DNA of 64,000 nt from Klebsormidium nitens (lineage: Eukaryota; Plantae; Klebsormidiophyceae), in contig DF237214.1 in NCBI GenBank assembly GCA_000708835.1, positions 54,629-118,628 of the forward strand, in the 5' to 3' direction. Positions 23,832 through 34,900 of the stretch are shown one piece after another (positions within the stretch are counted from its first letter, which is position 1; each line of letters opens with the position of its first letter). Below the pieces are notes generated by a model. The model worked only from the letters and a program-made list of their open reading frames with translations. It did not search any database and had not been told where the DNA came from. The translations under genes and the position numbers were made by a program.

Positions 23832-26110
23832 TCACAACTTGTTAAATATGCATGGTTTAATTGTAAACAATTGCATTGTAAGACTGCATGCGAACTTGAA
23901 GGTAGGAGCTTGACAGTTTCGATAATGACGGTTTTGGGTCATATGACTCAGACGCGGTGGGCGACCCGTGACCAGATATTGATCGTTCTCATACGAGGAA
24001 TTGCGATCAATCTCTAGGAGACCGCCAATGTTGAAGCCTTCCGATACTCTCTTCTTACAAACATTCTTATGTTCCGGCCAGTCCTTCTTTTGACAAGCAA
24101 CACTACAGTAACTCCTCGCTCGACACCTCGAGCAACGAGGTTGACACTTCCTGGAAGCACCTGGCACACACTACACCTTTCTCCAGGATATTGCGCCTTA
24201 AGCAAGTCTTGCGCAGTTTCTCCAGGTGGATTGCCGGTGAACGAGCCCTGGCAGTGCTTGTAGTACAATGCTAGTCTCTGAAGTTCGTCCTTGATGACGT
24301 CAAGAACCTCCACAGAGTGATGCCTTGGTTGCAAGTCAAGTATCATGTGCTGGAGCCCTTTCTTTGTCCCCGGCGTGTTCGCACCAGCAATCCTTGCAGC
24401 GTTGTTCCCCCAATCGTAACTCACAAAAAGCTCTTTGCTCAGACTGTTCTGCGCTATTGCCAGCCGGAACGTGGGCAGGCCGGGGGCAAGCACGCTCGTA
24501 CAGTAGGCAAGAACGCCCATTCGACACAGGCGGACAATTTCGTCGTCTTGATGGCCCTCCAAGATGACGAGTACCAGCGCGGGTATCATTTGCTCGTTGA
24601 AGCGCCTCAAATCAGCCGGCGACTTGCGCGCTGCTACGCTACCCAAGTTCGAACACACCTTGTTTGCAGAGCGATAGCACGCAGACCCGGTCAAGGATGC
24701 CACTGCAGCTACCGCACCCGTGTCAAGCATCAAGTCTAACAGCCTGGGGAGTAGCTTTGCGGGAATGGCAACTTGCTCGGTGTGTGGGTTGTCCTTTCTC
24801 ACAGGCTTGCCAGGGGACTGGGCGAACCAGAGACAGTCGTGCAGACAAACGACCATCCCGACAAGGAACTATAGATCCGGGTCGTACACACGAGCCGGCT
24901 TTCGACGGTGAGCCTCAGCAGCGAAGCCGTGCAGGAAGCCGGGGAAGAAGTGGGCGAGAAAGTCAGCCGTGAGGGTGCCCGCGCAAAAACTCTGCGCCAT
25001 CGCGAACATCCAATTGCCCCAGCAGTGTTTGATAGACGGATCTCCTAAGAAGCGGAACGCCGTCTCGACAGACCCGTCGGGCAGCGGCCGCGGGTGGTCG
25101 CACATGAGGAGGCGGACGAGGGCGACAAAGCTGAGCTTCCCGTTCTGCAAACATCAGGCAGATGCGGCAAAGTCAAGCCCTCAAATATGTGGCTTCTGAA
25201 AGCTTGAGCTATTGAAAGGCCTTGCCTTCACGAAATCGAACCTGACTCGGTATGCATGCCGAGTTCACATGTGAACGTCAACGGACAAACCCGTGCTCCT
25301 ACATCTATGAAAGCGAGTGAAGTATTGAAAAGTTTCCGTCGATGTGGAGACATAAGCAAGAAGAATACAAAAGATGGCCCTCTCTTTACAGAGGACATGT
25401 ATACGGTAGTCAGGTAGCTTCATAGACCCCTGTGCACAAATTCAAAAACTCCGACGAAACGAAGGTGCTCGCTAGGCGCGCGCACGAGACAGCAACTTCT
25501 CTATTCATAAAACATTGGACAAAGCCGAAGATTCCGTTCGACCTAGCTCGAGGAGACTGCAACATCTTGCGCTGCTGAATTAGAGCGGACATAAGCCCCC
25601 TCATGATCCAAAGACGGGGTCGTTGGGAAAGGGGCTTTCAGATTGGATGATAGACAGCGGACAAGGTTCAGCGTCCCCCAGTCTCAAATAGCAGTCTGCC
25701 ATAACGCACTGCAATGCAGCGCCTGCCAATCTTCTAGGGATGTTGCTGGGAAAGTATACTGTTGAGTCTGAACTGCGGAAAAGAGCGCGTACTCGGTCAG
25801 AATCGGAAACCGTTCTCTGTCCGTCACCTGGAACCAGAAGGGCTTACCCGAGCGATCAGGGGGTCTGGACTCTCGACCAGCCGCCGCAAAATCCGGAGGA
25901 CCGTCAGAATGTCTGGGTGCTCAGCAATCTCCTTCTTTCCCCTCTCTTGGACCTCAGGCTCGGGGCCGGTCGACCTGCCAAAGCGACATCTGACGTCAGA
26001 AAGGACGGAAAGAGCATTCAGAGAGGCTCCTTTCCTTGGCTTGGGCCTCGGATGTCCGGACATCATGGTTGGGCCTCCAATTACGGCTTGAATGTAAGCA
26101 CGTGAAGTAA
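23832..26110 (-). pseudogene. Decayed gene for a helical/ARM-like protein with C-terminal MYND zinc finger
   Basis: In-frame TAG at 24869-24871 joins ORF 25150-24869 to ORF 24856-24014 (YDPDL*FLVGMVVC). A 1-nt frameshift near 24137-24140 separates CSVC from RCSRCRARSYCSVACQKKDWPEHKNVC (MYND consensus). An upstream exon-like segment at ~26066-25843 ends at a GTAAGC donor. Confidence 0.75.
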
Positions 26111-26964
26111 GGCCTTCGGTTCTCCTTTCAAAGAAATTGAGTCCTTCAAATTCTTATCAGACAAGAAAGCTGGGGAGTCAAGTGCGCCAGCGGGGCAGAT
26201 CGACCTCACAGTATTGACCACAATTGAGATTGTGACAAATTTCTAAGGCGAAGATGAAATCCCAGGACTTTCACTGCTTCTTGGTAGGCACGGACGATCA
26301 GAGAGGACATCAAAACTTCGGAGTGCACTCATAGAAATGAGCTCTGAAGAGATTTGTCCAAGGAACGAACTATGCAACTTGAGATTCGCCTCAGCAGTCA
26401 GAATGGCCGACTACGATCGTAGGTTGCCAAGGGGTTACAAGCGACTCAAGGACTTCCTAGCGGACATCGCTGATAAGTGCAGAGAGTCGATAAGGTCTTC
26501 TCGCTTGCACTACTAAACAGGCCACACTTGAAATCCAAAGAGCTACCATATGACATCAGAAACAGCATCTTCAGACGTGATCTGGTTCAGACCAATCACA
26601 TATTAGACATTGCTCCCCCCGCGTTCAACTTCACATGCCAGCGTCTATCATCAGGTTCCTGTGCCTCTTCTAGATCTTACTTCAGAAGCGCTCTGAATTT
26701 GTCAAGCAAACCGATCAGAAATGCAGGCAGGAGATTGAGAACTAACACTTGCAGCCAGTTGCTGAGTAGGAGGCAGGTACACACGCCCACGATCAGGTGA
26801 CGGTAATCGTTCACCCCCGGGGCCACAGGCTCGTCACAATCTGTCTGAAGGGAACGCAGCGTAGCTCCAACAAACCCTGCACATCAGTACAGAGCACACA
26901 AGGACGACACTGCGATACTCATTGCATTTCATCACCCGCTTGGATTCAGACTCTCCCATGTTGG

Positions 26965-28046
26965 TTAATACGGAACAAGATCCTCAGCAGGGCGCAGAAC
27001 TTCGGAAGGTTTTCTTGTGGAGCCTTGCCCTGAACGTCCATGCAGCACAAGAAGAAACATAAAGCCGCAGCCTTGTCTCTTCAATGCATCCTTTGTGTAG
27101 TCAGATATTCTATCATGGTTGCCAGACCAAAGATGCTGGATTCTTTGCCTCCTACAAGGGAGCTCAAGAAATGCATCGCCAGACCTCAACTTCTCAGGGT
27201 TCACCCAAAAAGCTGTATTTCCAAATCTCTGAAATGAATTCAGAGGCAACGTCAGCTTACCAGCCTGTCCCAATCGCAAAGTAGGCCTTTCGCCAGAAGT
27301 GCAAAGTGGGATGCAAACATCAGCGTAACTGCGGCTCTGTACACTATGACGATGTAGTTTCCATCTCTTTCTAGTTCCACACCCGCCTTTGGAAGGGCCA
27401 CCCAGATCTCCGCCACTCTGCTTATCACGCCCTGCTTGAGGAACCAGTTGAAGCACTTTTTGCTCGTCTTCTGTGCTTCCTCTGAGCACCCTGGAGCTGT
27501 CAGCGGGCCTCCCATGCTTGCCAAAAAGTAGAGAGCGTGCTGCAGCCGTAAGTCCAGAATGAGCGTCTGTGTTTCGGCCAGCGCCTTGTGGTCTAAAATA
27601 AAGGCAGCTATTGGCCTGACCGCCCCATACTCCCACGCCTTCAAAACTAGCTCTGGAAGAATCCTGATGCAGTGGCTCAGGCCTTCAACAACGCATGCAA
27701 ATGCCACAGGGTTGGCGTCATGCAGGTTCAGGCACAGCATTCTGAAAAACCCGCAGTCTGCCAGCGCTTGGACTTCTTGTGGCAATGCAGTCAGCAAGTC
27801 CTGCCAGAGTGCGTCTAGAGTGAAGAGCATCTCCAGCTTCTTCCTTCTGTCCAATTGCCTTAGGGCTCTCCTCACTGGCTCAGCCAGGAAGCGCCACCTC
27901 ACGCTCCCCCCGGCATCGCTTCCGTCCACACTTTGCAGAATCCGGGCCAGAATGCTGTCCAGCACATCATCGCTGCAGGCGTTCAGGGCGGGAGGAGCAG
28001 TAACATCTGCTGCTTCGTTAGAAGGATGGGGCGAAGGCGACCCCAT
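26965..28046 (-). CDS. Protein with F-box-like N-terminus and ARM-like helical repeats. Exons 28046-27261 and 27228-26965; may be the 5' half of the MYND pseudogene
   Basis: 262-codon open exon (LNACSDDVLDSILARIL; AWEYGAVRPIAAFIL; FLKQGVISRVAEIW) ending at a GTAAGC donor, then a CATTTCAG acceptor. The implied intron is only 32 nt, so the second exon is doubtful. Domain calls come from sequence character only. Confidence 0.5.
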
Positions 28047-28993
28047 TGTATCCGGAACTCCCAACAAGTTGTAAACTGCAATCTCTCTCTGTGCATGCAG
28101 CTGCTTTGGATGGCCGAGGCGTCCTCTTTCCGTTCCCTTCCGACCTTGTCTGCGACAATTCCGTCCGTTCCGTTTGCGAACCCAACGCGGGTTCTTGTGC
28201 CAGCCATGCAATGCTCTCTCGGACTCGGAGTCTACCTGCTGTCTAACATCGAATCCGAGCAGCATGTTCGAATATTTCGAATTTCGAAAATTTCGAAAAT
28301 TGCGTGCACCGAGGAAGTTAGCTCTGGGAGCCTCTGGCCGCCTTGCAGATGACCTACTAAAGCGCGGCCTACTTCAAATGTGTGCAACGACATCGTGCAT
28401 GCACCCAGACAGTACCGTCGCCACCACATCGTGCGTCTGAACAAACACACGACCCTAGAATTGTTGGCCAATGCAGTGACATGTACGAGTCGACAACATA
28501 ACGCAACCGTCATGGTGAGCGGTGTCTCGATGTCACACATGTCACGTGTACGTGATCCAATTAAACAGATTGGCAACGACCATGCATCGGAACGTAGAGG
28601 TCGGAGCTCTTGTAAACTACGGCAGTCAGCCGCTGCCACCAAATATATGCTTCTCGTAGCGATGTCTTGAACACCTCGCAGCATAGAAGGAATTCACCTA
28701 TGTACGATCGTGCCGCCGCACCACAGCGGCAGCTTCCGTAGCAATACACCTCCTAATCATTCTCCACTCACCGCACCCGAGGCTTTGCTGGCAGTCCCCC
28801 AAGAGCATATAGGCACATGATCCGGTGGACTCTTATGCTGGGCCCTTGTCCCGCCGATGTATACAAACAATATATGACTACCTAGGTACTAGCCACATTC
28901 AGCCCAACCGTGCCTTGCTTCGCTTGCACGTTCTTGTATGCAAGATCCATTTTGACTCTCATCACTTTGACGCAGCCTAAGAATAATGGTACC

Positions 28994-31900
28994 CTAGTGA
29001 ACCGCCGCAAGCCTAGGGCGGTCGGACTCTTCTTCCCCGTCTCTCAACTTCTGCCTCTCAAACAAGGCATCGCCAACAAATATCCCGAGCGGCCGCCGCT
29101 TGGGCGGAAACGCAAACTTTCCCCGGGCCGGTTTCCGTATGCTCCCGGCTAATCGTTGGTCCAAGAGCGCGACCATGCTCGTTAGCAACTGCTCAGCTCT
29201 CGCCCGGTGGGGGAACTGCGTCTCCTCTAGTTGGTAGCTGAGCCACAAGTATGCGGACACGACCTGCGGACAGTCGGACGGGGGTGATGTCAGAAGGGCG
29301 TCCATAACAAAAGCACGGCATGGACCTCGTGGCAAGCGCTTCATTTGGTGGACCAGCGTCAATGTCGTTGCCAGCTTGACCAGAAACTCCGGCAGAAACC
29401 CCAGAGTAAGGACTTTGGAAAGAATGCGTGCACACAACCTCAATTGGGGAGCATTAATTACGAGGGTCGTAATTCCAGACGCTGCAGACAGAAGTTCGTC
29501 TCGTTTCTGAGGTACGTGGGGGCAAAAACTTGTACGCTTGCTTTTACGCTTGCTTTTCGGATTTGCAACGAGACACAGACATTGGAAAACCTGCTACAAG
29601 CCTCTACCATGTACCGGTCTGTGTCCCAAACGTTCGAAGGATGTAACCCTCATGAGTAACCAGGGACGCTAACCAGTCGGGTGACTCGTAGATAAAAGAA
29701 GCTTTCGGAAACCAATCCGTACTCAAGGGATTGGGTATTAGTTCTAGACAACCAGAGCCTGACAACCAGGGCCCTACCTGGTGTTTCCACTCTAGTTCCG
29801 CTATCTCGGCTGCGTCCCGGAAGTTGACCTTGAGCGGAACCGGAGTCCCCTCCGCGTATGCTTTCGCATAGCCGAGCAGCGTGCCCATCGCCTCTAGCGA
29901 GCGCGAGTTGATGGGCGCTTGACACAGACTGAAGCGGTCTCGCAGCCTGAGCGTGGGGACCTTCTCGAGCAGATTCGCAATTGTCTGCAGGGGAAAGCGT
30001 CGCATGTTAGGAGTCGCTACAAAAGAGGGGTGGGGTTTAGGTTTTCAGGAAAATCCGTGGCACTGTGCGAAGTAGGTTCGACGGTCGGCCATCGGGGAGA
30101 AACCATCTCAAGCAACATGACCGTGGGTGACTTTTGGACAGATTTGCTGGGAACGGGCTTAGCTTTGGTGTGAGTCACTGCAGAAAGGGAGGATTGTGTT
30201 CTCAAGAAGGGGGTGGTTCAAGCTTTGTTCAAAGCGTACTTCCTGAAATGCTTTCCTCGGAACCAGTTTATGATCCACGCGAGGACCGCTGATAGAAGGG
30301 ACTATAGCACCAGCAAGACGTGGTCCTTGCGGAGAACTTCCGAAGCGCATCTCATGGGCCGCAGCGCCCAAATCTTATGCTGTCGCCCTTTCTTGAAGGC
30401 AAGGATTGAGATATCTTTTGCAGGAAACAAGGCAGTGTCGAGAAGATTCGACAACGTGACTCGGGTCGTGCACGAGATGGAGAGCTTACCCGGATCTGGT
30501 CGTGTTTACACAGGAAGTAGCTGCTGTCCAACAGGGAAGTCTCCGCGAATCTGCAATCATCAGGGGAACCCTATGAGTTCTGAGGCAAACGAGTCGCATT
30601 CCCCAAGGTTGTGAACCTAGGCAAGGACAGCAGACAACTGCAAACATTGACCGGTTGGCTCAAAAGCGGCCTCCAATGACGAATGCAACCGATCGCCCAG
30701 TCCTTTGGTCCATCGCCTTCTTTCATGTTGGTCGTCGCAAAACCCTCGAGTCTCTCAAGGCAGTACGACACAAAGGGACATATGAAAAGCTGATTAGGAA
30801 TCAAATTCCTGAGAGGTACGGATGCAAGCCTCACTTGTCTAATAGTTCCGGGAAGCGCATGTCCGGCAGCTGTCCGGCGAACAGCTCCATCTGCTCAAAT
30901 ATGGGGAACAGCCCGCCCTTTTCTGCGGTGTCCATCGGAGCGGCCATTGCTTCCCGCAGCTTAGGCAGGTCTTCTGGGAGGAACGTAGTGGCCAGGCCCT
31001 CTGGATGGGAGCTGTTTCTACGTCCGGCGCGGCCCGCAATCTGCTTGACCTGCGGAGTAGAAACGGGTCGTCGGTCAGTCGTTGGAAAGCGTGTCATTTC
31101 AGATGTATGATCGGCCAGTGAAAGATTGGTTCCAATCCTATCGTTGCGCGGTCTGCTCGACTTGCCGGAAGCAGTTATCGGTTCACTGACAAAGAGCAAG
31201 ACTACATAATAAGGGACTGTATGCAACAGGAACCTTTTGAAGCTCTGAGGGGAAGGGACCGACGTGCATATCTTTAAGCAGCTAGTGTGCACAAATTATC
31301 ACAAATCAACGAGGAAATGAGAAGCGAAACGTTGTTTCAGGCTGCCTTTAACCGGGCAAGAAGGCTTCCGGATGGCGCCACGGCTCTCCTGAAACGTCCA
31401 CACTTCCTCATTTTCTGTCAGCCTGCTGACGTGGCAGACGTGGCAAGAAAATTCACATGAGATGAAAAGCAACGAAAGTTCCCCTGACGTCGGCACTGAA
31501 TTCAAGCAGAATCAAGCAAGATATCTGAAAACCAGGTTTAAAACGAGCCACAACCCCCAGACACACATTGGCACTCACCATCGGTGTGGGAATGGGATCC
31601 TTGCCGGCCCCTCCGGAGAACTTCTCCATCTTGGCAAACACCATTCGCCGAATGTTTAGATTCAGCCCCATCCCAATGGCGTCGCTCGCAACCAAAACGT
31701 TGTAACCAGAGTCCGGGTCGTTGAAAAGCCGCGCCTGCTGCCGACGCGTCTCGGGGGGCAGAGCGCCGTAGATGACACAGCACTTGTGCTTTCCCCGCGC
31801 CTCGATTTCGTCCTGGAGAACGACGAAGTTCCATGTCCGTTTGTTAAGAAAACTTCACTGGTCATTGGCAAAAGTTAGTGAAATTCGCTTCGCTTCACCC

Positions 31901-34900
31901 GCTCCTCGATCTCAGCCTGGAGAAGGACGTAGATTGAGAAGGACGAAGTTCACTATATCGGTTTTTGAAAGTTTCTTACAGATTTTGAGGAGAGTTGGTA
32001 AAACTCCGCTTCGCTTTCCCCGCTCTTCGATCTCGCCCTGGAGAAGGACGAAGGTTTACGTCAGCTCCAGGGTCCGTTGTTTGAAGGTCATCCGAGCACT
32101 TTGAACAGTTTTCTTGTCCGCTTTCCGCATGAACACACTTGAGATGCTCCAATGGTCCACCCTATTTGTATGTACCGTTTACGCAGGGCAAAAAAGAACC
32201 GTGGTTTTTCTGATCACCCTTTGTAACATTCCGGCAGAGTCACAACTACCGTTTGCTAACGGACCTGGATAGATGGAGCGAAGCCGTCCGTTTTAAGACG
32301 GGAAGCCACAAAGTCGCCGCTCAACTGCGGCAGTTCCCGATCAAATCTGTGACCCATCTGACAAACAGGTGAGCAACTAGTCCTTAGACGAGCTGATGCA
32401 AATGTCCGCTGCTGACTCACTGACTGGTATTGGCTAACCCGATAATCTCCTTTCCTGACCACCAGCCCACTGCACCATCTGCAAATGCCCCCCTATTCAT
32501 CCCTGCTCCTTAGCACAAGCTTTCCCAGACCTGCATTCCGGAAACCTCCTTTTCAGGACAGACACACAGCACATCTCATTGTCAAGATCTGCCGACCCAA
32601 CCCCCAACTCCAAAGAAACAAGAAACCCATCTGAGGCCCACCTTGATCTGGAAGATCTCCTTGCGCGAGAACGCCACGACGCAGTCCCCCTCGCCCACGT
32701 GCTCCCAGCTTCCCCCGAAGGACGCCTCTTCCACGCTCAGCGGCTTCCACCGCTCGTAGTTCCGCACCTCTAGTTCGTCGCCGCACGTCTTCGCGATGCG
32801 CTTCAGCATGCGCAGCACGCTGCCGTCGCCGCACACGTGGATCTCCTTCGCTTGCAGCCCGAGCAGCGCGCGGGTCCACGCCCACCCGCGGTGGTCGTCT
32901 GCCATCATCTGCAGATAAAACAAAGGAGGAAATGTCAACTTCTTTTTCTTGTAATGTTGATTAAGAAACGAGAGGTTTATCAAGTTCGGGGCTTCCGATG
33001 AAAACCCTGGAATTCTCCCCTTTCGGCGCGAAAAAGAGTTCTTGCCGGAACGATAATAGAGGTCGCAGCCGCAAATTCGAAACTCTTTCGCTTGCAGCCC
33101 GAGGAGAGCGCGCGTCCAGGCCCAGCCCCGGTGGTCGTCCGCCATCATCTGCCGGGTTAGAAAGGGAGGCTAGAGAGGTCAAGGGTTTAGAGGGCTTGCT
33201 TAAAGGTTTAACTTCGAATGATTTTGTGTCGATGCTTGTTCTGCGACGACACGAGACAGCATCCTCAGTCAAAGAAGGCTTGAAAGGTCGGTCGGCTTCG
33301 AAACCGTGGGACTCGGAACACTTCTTCCTCGCGTCAAAGATAATACCCTATCATCCTCAAGACTCCCCTTCCTGTTGATGGCGACCGCTCAGTAGATAGT
33401 CAGCCGAGAAGTTTTGATAACATCCTTCAGTCCTATTTCGCCCCGCCACCCTTTATCAAATTTTTACCTTATCATGACGGCTACCTCATACCCGTTTCCC
33501 AAATGCGCGATTCCCAGCGTCAGACAGTACTCCGTCCAGACTTTCCAATCTCCGTTAGCCCTTCGCTACTTTTACGACCCAAAAAGGTCTCCTTACCTGG
33601 ATCTCATCAATGACAGCCACCTCGTACTCGTTCCCCAAGTGCGCCATCTCGACCGTGCACGACGTGTGGTTTGCAAACGGCACCGTGCGCCGCTCCTGGC
33701 CCGTCGTCAGGTTGCAATACACGCCGTCCGCATTCAAAGTGTCGAAAATCTGTGGAACAGGGTGCAAGCTTCTTTTGATCAGCAAGACGTTCCAAAGGTC
33801 ACAGGATCGCCCGACGTGAAGTCCATCTTAGCACAGGTAGCCGGTCGCAAAACGAGAAGCCCGATCTGCTCACTTCTTATCCAACGTCAAAACCGAAATA
33901 GAAAGCTCAACTAGTCTCGCTTCGAGCGGACTCCGAATAGCTCTACCAATCGGCTACGTCACAAATACTGCTACAGACCTCACGACAAACCTGGGGGAAT
34001 GTCGAAGCTTTAAAAAATCTACCAGACCGCTTCAGTACTCACCTCCATTGCGAGCAGCCGCAGAGGCCCGCAGTATAGGCCGTTCTCCGCCTGCTTCAAC
34101 TGCTGTAGCGCCTCGTACGTCTTCCCGCTGTTGGTTGGCCCGCAGTGGTAGATGATCTTGCGCTTCATGGCGCGAGCATACGGGTACCTGGCCCAAGATG
34201 GAAAGAAGGAGACGTAAGCTCTCACCTAGGCAAAGTCTTCTCCTCCTGGACTGGTCCGCAACGGACGGACGTGGCTCTTGAAAACTAAACAATCTGTTCC
34301 AGGCGCAAGACGAGATCTGAAGTGTCACTGTGGACGCCAATAAGGTAAGAGTCCTCAACTTGTCCGTGATTGTAGTTGGAGCGACCCTATGTTCCCCTGT
34401 CAAAAGTACCACAAATAGAAACACGAGATGGATTCTGCGAAGCAGCACCCCAACACTCCGATATCATTGCTCCAGTCTTTGGAGACACACACCAAACCCA
34501 ATCAAACGCAGAGACTGTCACTCGAAACCGCTGAAAAACTCGACCTCACCATTTTTGCGGCTCGGTCATATTAGCGCTCTCGACGAGCTTCCTAAACTGC
34601 CGCAACCGACCCCGAAACTGACGACACAGACAAATGCTCAGAGAAAAAAATACTCAGAAAGAGCGAAAGAGAGTCCTTGAGAAAAAGCGAAAAAATGAAT
34701 TTACCACTTTTGGGGCTCCGTCATGTTGGCGCTTTCGACAAGCTTCCTGAATTGTCGCAACTCGTTTCAAGTTCAAACACACAAACAAAAGAAAACACTG
34801 CACGAAACGACGGTCAAAACCCAAACCGAGAAACTTTGGCTCACCACTTTTGCGGCTCCGTCATATTTGCACTTTCGACGAGCTTCCTGAATTGCCGCAG

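Noticed and set aside
28267-28297. Four TTCGAA palindromes upstream of the 28046 start, considered as a heat-shock element
   Set aside because: Spacing does not fit nGAAnnTTCn; more likely a slippage repeat.
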